Assembly: GCA_000320545.1 (NCBI GenBank)
Contig: ADNK01001753.1
Span: forward strand, 1 to 33,798
Source: Bigelowiella natans CCMP2755
Lineage: Eukaryota; Protista; Cercozoa
Direction of reading: 5' to 3'
DNA length: 33,798 nt
The position numbers were made by a program, and so were the translations under genes. This document shows positions 23,601-33,798 of this stretch, one piece after another (within the stretch, counting starts at the first letter, position 1; every line of letters starts with the position of its first letter). The notes under the pieces were generated by a model. The model was not told the origin of the DNA. It was given only the letters and a program-made list of their open reading frames with translations, and ran no database searches.

Positions 23601-26600
23601 CAACAGCTGGATGGATAAAGCTTACAGAAAGGGTCTCGTTTAATTTGGGTACCATTTTCGAAGGAACTGTTAATTTTATCTCTGCCGTGCACTCAGAGAA
23701 GACACATATAAGTTCTAAATTAGAGGGGAAAAAGAATAAGAAAAATAACTTTCCTAACAACAGTGTACGAACAAGGGAGCATCTATCCGAAAAACTGCAG
23801 ATGCGAATTTCCCTTGGTATTGCGGGAGGGCTACGTGCGCTTCATAATGCAGATAGTTTTCATGGAAACCTCAAACCAAGTGCTGTTGGTTTGGATGATG
23901 GCTTTCGAGTGAAATTACTGGATTTTGGTTCGACCCCTCGCTTACCAGACGCACATTCCCTTGAAGGTGCATACTACGCGCCTGAATTCTACACGAAAAG
24001 ACTCCTGACTGGTCTTCCTAAAAGTGAAACCCTTAGGAAAGCGGATGTTTACTCATGCGGGGCAGTGATTGTCGAATTGTTTTCTTCTGAACGGAGAAGA
24101 TTGAGGTCATGGCTTCCACCTGATCTTATTAGGTCCTTCAAAAATGTAGAGAAAATGACCCGATCTAAAAAACGCGAGGCGCCCAGCTTTGATGTTTCTA
24201 GTATTCTCGAACGCCCTCGGCCAGATCTTAGCGGGTTTCTCAGCCATTGTGTATGTATATCAGCAGAGCATCGGCCTGAAATTAAAAAGGTGGCCTTGGC
24301 ATTGTCGAAAATGCTTTCTACTGATCAGGAAACCATTTATCTCGACAGTTTTGAGTCGCAAACCATTAATTCGCAACTTGAAACAGTAAACAAGATTAAG
24401 TCAAACTCAAACTGCTCTTCGTACCGTGTCTACCTTGCGGGAATACCAGCGCATGTACGTGTCCTCGGAGATAGGTCTATGGATCAGAATCTACTGAAGT
24501 GCGTTAAGACTACTATGCAACTTTGCGAACACCCATCCTTTCTGAACTTCTTTGGTTGCTCGCGAAATAAGAAGCATGGCTGGATTGTTGCTACAGAGCT
24601 CATAGAAAATACACTTCCAGATCTTCTTGATGCAAAAGCAACTCCACCAGATTTTAGACAACGCCTCCAAATAGCCCTTGAGCTTGTAGACGGGATCTGT
24701 GAGTTTCATGCAAACTGTAACGAGCCTTATTATTTGACGCAGAGTAGTATTTTTGTCACTAGTGATTTTAAAGTGAAACTCTCTCCCTACGCTGGAGGAC
24801 ATAGAGGTATCCCATGTCATATTACAGATGAGGAAAAAATTAGTAGTAACGAGGTTGTTTCACCTACGTTCGGAAGAGAACCCAAAAGCCCAGCCGACTT
24901 TTCAGATTATGTTCTGCCACCTGAGATTTCTCCTCGAGGTTTTGAAGTCATAGATATTATAAGTCCGAGGGCAATCGAAACAAGCAACCTTTCGCTCACA
25001 GCTCAGTCAACCCACGAACTTGAGGCGGGCCTTCCCAATTCACCAGATACAGTATTCAAGAACGACTCTCCTTCGAATCGAATTAGTAACACAGATGCTG
25101 CTGTAAAATGGGGAAATTGGTCCCGAAAATCAGATATTTTTGTACTAGGTAAGCAAAATTCGAATTATGAAATAGTTTTTCAATTCTCAATATACTCTTT
25201 TACCAAAATCCTCCGTGTATTGCCTACTTCGAACTCTAACCCTCTGATACATTTCTTTGTATTACCATTATGATTATTACTGTTATTCACGTCTAAAGAG
25301 ATGTGAAATAATATAATTAGAGAGATATGAGATAATATAGTTACTCCCTTAATACAGCAATTACTCTATTGGAATGGTTGCCCGAGTTTCGGGAAACATC
25401 GATGGAAGTGTTGCTTCGTAGCCGAGGCAATAGTGGAGGAAACAACGGCGAGCGTGGTCGAGCTAATTCTCTAACGATCACTGTGGGAAGAAGTGGTAGC
25501 CCTGTTGAGCTAAATAATGCCCTGAGCGCCTCAAAGACAAACCTATTGAAGGTGTTTACCGTATGTTGTACCAACTTTATCATTATGATGACTCAACTTT
25601 TATTGTTATTCTCTCAGCATTCGCACTCAGCATCTGCGAGCCAATTTCCAACTTCACAACTGGAGGGGGGAAGTACTCGCGGCATTAAAAGGAGAAATAG
25701 CTCTCTTCTCTCAGCATCAACTGTTCTAAATTCCTTGCAAAGAAAACCAAAGACACCGACACATCCAACCCATAAGTCACATGGGCATATTCCACAATTA
25801 AGCGCTCCAGCACTCGGCCCTACCAGTATGAAGAACCTTCTCACGGTTCCAGGAACAGAGGTTAAGCCGATTACTCTTAGAAGAATATTCTCTTGTTATT
25901 TCAGTAGTTTTGTATGTCACTGTTACACCATAAATTTTTAGAGCGTATTTTGTGGAGGTGATTTCTCGGAGCTACTGGTTCGCTGTCTGGACAAAAATCA
26001 TAGCAAAAGACCAACGGCAGAGGAGGTGGAGACAGCATTGTATTTGTTATATCAATTTTTTAATCCTTTGTATTATCGACCAAACTAAAAAGGTCCGGGA
26101 TCACTTAGTCTCAGAGATCGCTGAAGACAACGAGCGTATGGCACCAGAGAAGTAACTACAAATAAAAAATCTTCGAAAGATTACTATTAAAAGTGTTATA
26201 TATTTCTATTAAGATCTGTGTCACAGCTTGGTCCCGGTATAGAAGGCTCCTCTAGGAGACCCAATAGACCTGGATCTCCGAAGTCGAGATCACAACATCA
26301 TAGGTCCATTTTGTGAAAATTTTCTCCATTGTATAGGCTATATTGTGGCATGTGCACTTGGAGTAAATAGAGCAAACGAATATTACAAACACGGATCGTT
26401 TGTGTTGTAACAACTAACATTGGAGTCATTACAATGTTTTGTTTCATGAAGGAAGACGAACCCATCTCGAAGTTCATTACCAAGTCAGAACACTTTGGTG
26501 GATAGGAAAACGCCTATCACAATAGATCGGAAAACTCCCAACAGCTCCTCAAGGCCAAAGGTGTGCGTCGTCAACCTACCCGGTGTACAGATCTACATAA

Positions 26601-28632
26601 TATGTTTTGGATTTAAAGCGCTTTCTCTAATTTGGTGCAGATAAAAATAAGAAGTCGTGGGTGGGGCGGGACAGAGATGGAACCATCCCCAACAGCAGGG
26701 GGAGCAAGTAGAAATTCAGGATGAGCTTCGAAATATCAGTCTAGAATTGAATCCTCTATTTCTATAGGTGTATTCCAAGAGGCCAGGCCTGACTTAAGCC
26801 CAGTCATAGGAGGGGGGCATCGAAACAGGTCCTACAAAAGCATTCCTCGTCAGGCCTTTAAATAATAAATGGAAATTAGTCGTAAATTTCGTAAATTCAC
26901 AAGGAATACAAACAAATACTTTTATCCTTTTACAGCAACGATGGGAGTTTTGGTAGGCTCATTGGGCGCCGTCCCCATGTTACAAGGTATCAACTACAAC
27001 TCGATTTTATGTTCATCCTGTTATTAAAACGGATTTTGTCTTTCAGGGAAATGAGTGAAAGAAGCGAGATTCTCCATGGGCTTGGGGTACGTAATTTATC
27101 ATCGATCAAAGCTATGTCGCTGTGCAGCGGTAAAGATTCTTAATTTATTTGTTTTTTCCACCGGTACAAGACATCACGGGGCACTATTGACGGAGGGTCC
27201 CCAGATATTCGCTCACGAGGGTAACAATAACAAAATAACCATGATTGATTTAACTATATTTCGCGTTTAGAAAGATATCTATGAGATATATCTATGCGGT
27301 TTTGTAGTCCTTCCGGAGCAAACAGTCCGGCTCGAACATCAAAGCAACATTCGGTATAAGTTTAAGCTTTCTGGTCATTTAAGTAAATTGATATTCGTGA
27401 CAATTTAGGACTCAATAAAGAGTGTCAAAGACTTTTATTTGTCCATGCAGCAACAAGTAATCTATACAATTTTTTTATATTTCATAGGAATACTTACAGA
27501 GATAATAAAATTATTGTGACAGTCATCTCGTTCTCGGCCTACAGCGTCAAAAACTTTGCAGCGTACTTGGACGACACCAGACCTAAATGGGCCAGATTCG
27601 GTGCATATCCTGTTTCCACTTTTTACAATTTTCCAATATTTGATGAAATGATTGGACATAATTTAACGGATTAACGAATATATAGATGCAAGGGGGGTCT
27701 CCACATGGCTCAGAAATTGTAAGTGGTCAAAGTAGTGCCTCTGGTAGAATTGAAGAAGTAAATCAAATTCGGCGAAGAGGTATCGTTGTGCTTGATACAA
27801 AACTCCTCATAACTCACAGCAACATCACACCTTATGAATTTGAAAATGGTAAAAGAAAACGCATAATATCACCTTTTGGGGATGTGCATGTACAGGACGA
27901 TCACCAGCCAAGCGTACAACAAGCACTATCGACTTATCCCCGCATAGAACCAGCAACCTTTCCAGGCACTCATCGGCCGAGCGCCGAATATCTTCTGGCT
28001 CCTCAGCAGCCGTACAAGCTCCTTCGCCCCTACCTACAGAGATGAAGGTAGGTGAATGAAAATGTTACAATCAGGGATATATGACCATACCTATGTTCTC
28101 ATTTCATATTAGCAATCGGCGAGCCATACTCGTCGACGTGGAGATAGTCAAACTAGCAACAGTGTTAGCATGAGGTTCCCGCGCTTTATTCTATCTTATA
28201 TTTCTAAAAATTGAAATTGTATTTTCTGTGACAGTGAGGGCAAAAGTCCACGCATTCCAAGTCCTCGTATCAACGTGTCAAACCATAAGTAATATTACCA
28301 TTCATCGCCAAATCTAGGACTGAAATACTCCATATATTCATTTCTTGGTTGAGTGGAGGTGGTTATAAATTCACAGACTGTCAGATACTTGGAAGCGAGT
28401 AAAGAGCAAAAGCTCTCCATCTTTGGTACCTAAAACACATTTAAGGTTTTGTGATTTCATTAAATTAAATCGGTTAATGTAGGAAGCGACAATAAGTACT
28501 GGTACCGGCGAAACAAATAACAGCTCTACTAAGACTTCCAAGAACGCATCTCCACATGACGATCAGAATTCCAAACCTTCAAACAGGGAAAAGGCATTTA
28601 AAGCTGTCCTAATGTCGTCCAAGCAGTCATAG
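20617..28632 (+). CDS. Single-pass receptor-like protein with two tandem TKL-like pseudokinase domains and a long S/R/P-rich C-terminal tail
   Basis: Signal-like N-terminus MHPHPYLLVLILGFMPDCNG and TM TWVILSLVLVCCGAALWYYF (~21305-21370). A 3-kb exon carries domain 1 (HGNLKP, KLLDFG, YYAPEF, KADVYSCG, HRPEI) and domain 2 (HPSFLNFFG, RLQIALELVDG, KSDIFVLAITLLEW after splicing, RCLDKNHSKRPTAEE). A chain of mostly phase-compatible small exons runs from 26089 to stop TAG at 28632; a few junctions (~20950-21040, ~27720-27890) are uncertain. Confidence 0.75.
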
Positions 28633-28799
28633 AAATGTATATACTTACTAAATTGTGAATCAATATGCGCTCGATTAGTAACATAACATTAAGACTTATA
28701 GATTAAGCGCACATACTAGCATGCTTATGACAAGATGATGCAGAGCATAGCTACAGACTTAATGTGCAATATGCTGCCATGTGTGTGGCATATTAGCAT

Positions 28800-29560
28800 G
28801 TAGACGTCTAGAGATATGAACATATTGTCGATTGAAAAGATTTCAGAACTAAGTCGCACATCATCCGCATCATCGCTAGCTAGCTAGATCGATTGGCGCT
28901 GCATGCTTGCTAGCTTGTACGTACAGCTAGATAGGGTCCAGCTAGCTAGGGGTCCATGCTACCATGTTTACTACTAGCTAGCTCTAGAGCTAGCTAGCTA
29001 GCTACTAGCTCCAGAGCTAGCTAATAGCTACTTTGCAAGAGCACAAATTGGACAGCAATTCAGAATCTAGCTAGCTAGCTAGTTAGAGAATGTTTAATGC
29101 TTCTACGCGTACTAACAACTTGCACTACTCTGTAGTACTAGCTAGACTAGCACACTCTGCTCTCTAGACTGCATGGCGCAAACTGCAATGCTAGAATTCT
29201 AGAATGGCTAGATGGGACGAGCTAGCGAGAAAGCACGTCTAGACGTTATTAACATTATGCGAACACATGCGAAGTTTATGAAACTACAAGGCATCGCCAA
29301 ATTCATGGTTAGACGGGATCGAATGCGACTGTTATCCCGTTATTCTTACGCAATGCAATCAATTGATTTTCGCTGCATCTAGCTAGATAGCTAGATAGCC
29401 ACATGCTCTACTAGTCTAGTGCTAGAAATCTAGACATTCAGCAATGCATGTAACATATTGAAGTCACTTGTCTAGAAATACATCTAGCAGGCATCTAGAT
29501 GTTAGTTCGCAAAGAGCTCAAGCTCTAGAATTAAATAGGACATCTACATATGCTCTTATC
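28800..29560. repeat. CTAG-saturated low-complexity block between convergent genes
   Basis: About 40 CTAG tetramers in ~760 nt, as (CTAG)n runs and dispersed TCTAGA/GCTAGC/ACTAGT. Confidence 0.8.
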
Positions 29561-29584
29561 TAGCTTATGCTCGCATGTATGTAA

Positions 29585-31725
<2,141 letters not shown>

Positions 31726-32182
31726 TCGGCTGGCTCGGAAACACAATCTCAGAAAGTGTAGAGCACTTCAATCGTTCATTAATTCCAGAAATTCAGGCGG
31801 TTAATTATGTTTTAGAAAATATGACCGCAATAATTGGATAAAATCTCAGGTTGTCGTCCCAGTGATCCCCAAAGCCTAATTTGAGTTAACTCCCGTTGAA
31901 AAAGATTAAAGATGGGCGCGGGAAATTGATGTCGCAGGACTCGGACGCAAGACGAAGCGGAGACTATTCTTCGAAGGGAATTCATTAAGATGCATGCCGT
32001 TTTTTATAAGCGTCAAAGATAAAAGCCGAAATTTGGTGTTTTTCAAATTCGGAAAAATTAAGGAGTGGGGCAAACCCAAATCGCAGCCCGCCACCCCTCT
32101 TAGATCCCCTCACCGCAAAAACTCACCGATAACCCCACGGCAGCTGCATCCTCGGTGATTTGCCTTTCCATCTAGATAAATA
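31726..32182. promoter_or_regulatory. Short (~460 bp) divergent intergenic region, probable bidirectional promoter
   Basis: Lies between the rhomboid-like ATG (31725, -) and the HMG-box ATG (32183, +). Confidence 0.4.
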
Positions 32183-32603
32183 ATGGAAGTTGAGGAGGAG
32201 ACAAAACCAGAGAACACGGAGAAAGAGAAGGAGGATGGTGTCGAGTCGATGACCAAAGGTATGAGCAATAGCCATCAAATGCGCCTACTTGCTGTCCTTT
32301 CACTTAGCAGCCGTTAAATTATTGTAGACGAGGAAACTAAGGGCGCTGAAGAAGATGAAGGTTCTGACAAGATGGCGACTGAAGAAGAGGGGGGGGGGGC
32401 GATGCAATAGTGACGCGAGAGGCGGGCGACTCGGATAGCAAGGCGGAGGGGGAGAAAGAAGAGGATGGCAGCACAAAAGGAAATACGGCGAAGACAGATC
32501 TGGAAGAAAAGAGCGAAGAGAAGGAACGTGGAGAGGTGGGTTTCGTGAGAACGAGCGGGGGGTGCTGTAATTGTAGTGTTTTTTGTTGCTTTCGAAGAAG
32601 TCT

Positions 32604-32644
<41 letters not shown>

Positions 32645-33654
32645 TCAGCTAGCAGCAAAAGTAGCAAAAGGTATGAATATCTCCATAGCGTGGATTTGTT
32701 TGAGAAATCCCAGTCACCGTAACGATGATGACTGCGCGCCCAAAATACGATTAACTGCAGCAGCGATCTGTAGCATGAGTAGTGCCTATATATACCTACC
32801 TAGTCAAAGCTCTCGCGAAAACTTTTCCCATTTAAAGCAATAGTCTACAATAGGGCAGCTGTCTGCCCTCTATTTTTTTACCCACTGTAGCTGCTATCGG
32901 TCGCTAAACGGGCAAATTTGTAACTGTGAGCTAAGGGTAATTGGCCTTTACATTGCCACTCTCAGGGCGAAGAGAGCGCCGACAAGAAAGAAGAAAAGAA
33001 TGGCACCGAACATGATCAGCAGCAGCAGCAGCAGCAGCAATCTTCCACCTCATCGCCATCAATCCAACAGCCGACTAAAGCTCTCACCGCATACTTCTTG
33101 TTCATGATGGAAAACCGGACCAAGGTTGGTGGGCGAGGGTGGGAGGGGGGGGGGGGGGGGAGATGTTTCGATGCATTGATTTGAGCATCATAATGTGGTG
33201 GTGGTGGTGCGGGTGGTTGTGGTGGTGGGCTCAGAGGACGTCGGATGCGTTGTAATGGGTGATACATGTGAGCTTGCTACTAGTAGAGAGGTGGGGAGGG
33301 GGGCGGGGAGAAGAGAAAGAATAACGTATGTAGGTTAGTTTTTCCTCCTTTATTACGCGCGCCGCACCGCCTTACCCGACGGGCAAACAAACCCACGTCA
33401 TCATGGGCTGTATACGCTCATCATTGCTGTGCCGATCATCACCAGGTGAATGTAGAGGAGGGAACCACGTTGCAAAAGACGCTGAGTAACGAATGGCAAG
33501 CCCTCGATCCGGAGAAGAAGAAGGTGAATATGCAAGCACAGTGCTGTGACAACGCGTTGGCGGGCGGGGAGATTAGTTTTGAAGAAGGGCGTTGGTATGT
33601 GCGATTGAACGGAGTTAGAAGGAGTATGATATCTTTGCACGTACACGAGATTAC

Positions 33655-33689
<35 letters not shown>

Positions 33690-33776
33690 CAGGTGTACGT
33701 CGAGCGAGCAGAGGCTGATAAGAAGCGGTTTCAAAGGGAACAAGATGAGTTCATTGCTGCAGGCGGCAAAATAGAT
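32183..33776 (+). CDS. HMG-box protein with acidic N-terminus, 5' part; continues beyond the window
   Basis: Exons give MEVEEETKPEN...; ...QPTKALTAYFLFMMENRTK; VNVEEGTTLQKTLSNEWQALDPEKKK; VYVERAEADKKRFQREQDEF (from 33693). These are the three HMG-box helices. One base is missing in the G-run at ~32390-32399. Confidence 0.85.
32604..32644. repeat. (TAG)n intronic microsatellite
   Basis: Direct reading. Confidence 0.9.
33655..33687. repeat. (GAT)n intronic microsatellite
   Basis: Direct reading. Confidence 0.9.
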
Positions 33777-33798
33777 GTCAATATTCTCTCTCTCTCTC

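Noticed and set aside
22112-25273. The 1053-aa ORF as a standalone gene
   Set aside because: Its first ~24 and last ~40 codons are intronic; it is one large internal exon of the gene at 20617-28632.
26155-26157. TAA at 26155 as the end of the pseudokinase gene
   Set aside because: It overlaps a GT donor (AA|GTAACT), and a mostly phase-compatible exon chain continues to 28632; RNA-seq should confirm.
32385-32412. Apparent frameshift and stop (ATG CAA TAG) in the HMG-box gene, suggesting a pseudogene or slippery site
   Set aside because: Adding one G to the 10-G homopolymer restores GGGG-DAIVTREA and the downstream acidic frame; most likely a sequencing error.

Overview
Eukaryotic, intron-dense nuclear DNA from a protist-like genome. 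An amoeboid alga or rhizarian is plausible, but that is inference only. By manual splicing with GT-AG sites and frame continuity I can support eight protein-coding genes. (1) The 3' part of a kinase with the HGDxYxHN catalytic loop typical of LRR-kinases, +. (2) A phospholipase/carboxylesterase with a putative signal peptide and a SAP-like module, -. (3) An ABP34-type calcium-regulated actin-bundling protein, +. (4) A PepD-type Xaa-His dipeptidase, +. (5) A two-TM protein with DEG/ENaC/PAC-like topology, +. (6) A single-pass receptor-like protein with two tandem degenerate kinase domains and a long S/R-rich tail, +. (7) An inactive rhomboid-like protein, -. (8) The 5' part of an HMG-box protein, +. 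No rRNA, tRNA or CRISPR array is supported. The most unusual signal is non-coding: intergenic islands almost devoid of TpA except inside CTAG, plus a block saturated with CTAG. This looks like the mirror image of fungal RIP. All counts are manual and all exon coordinates are hand-derived.
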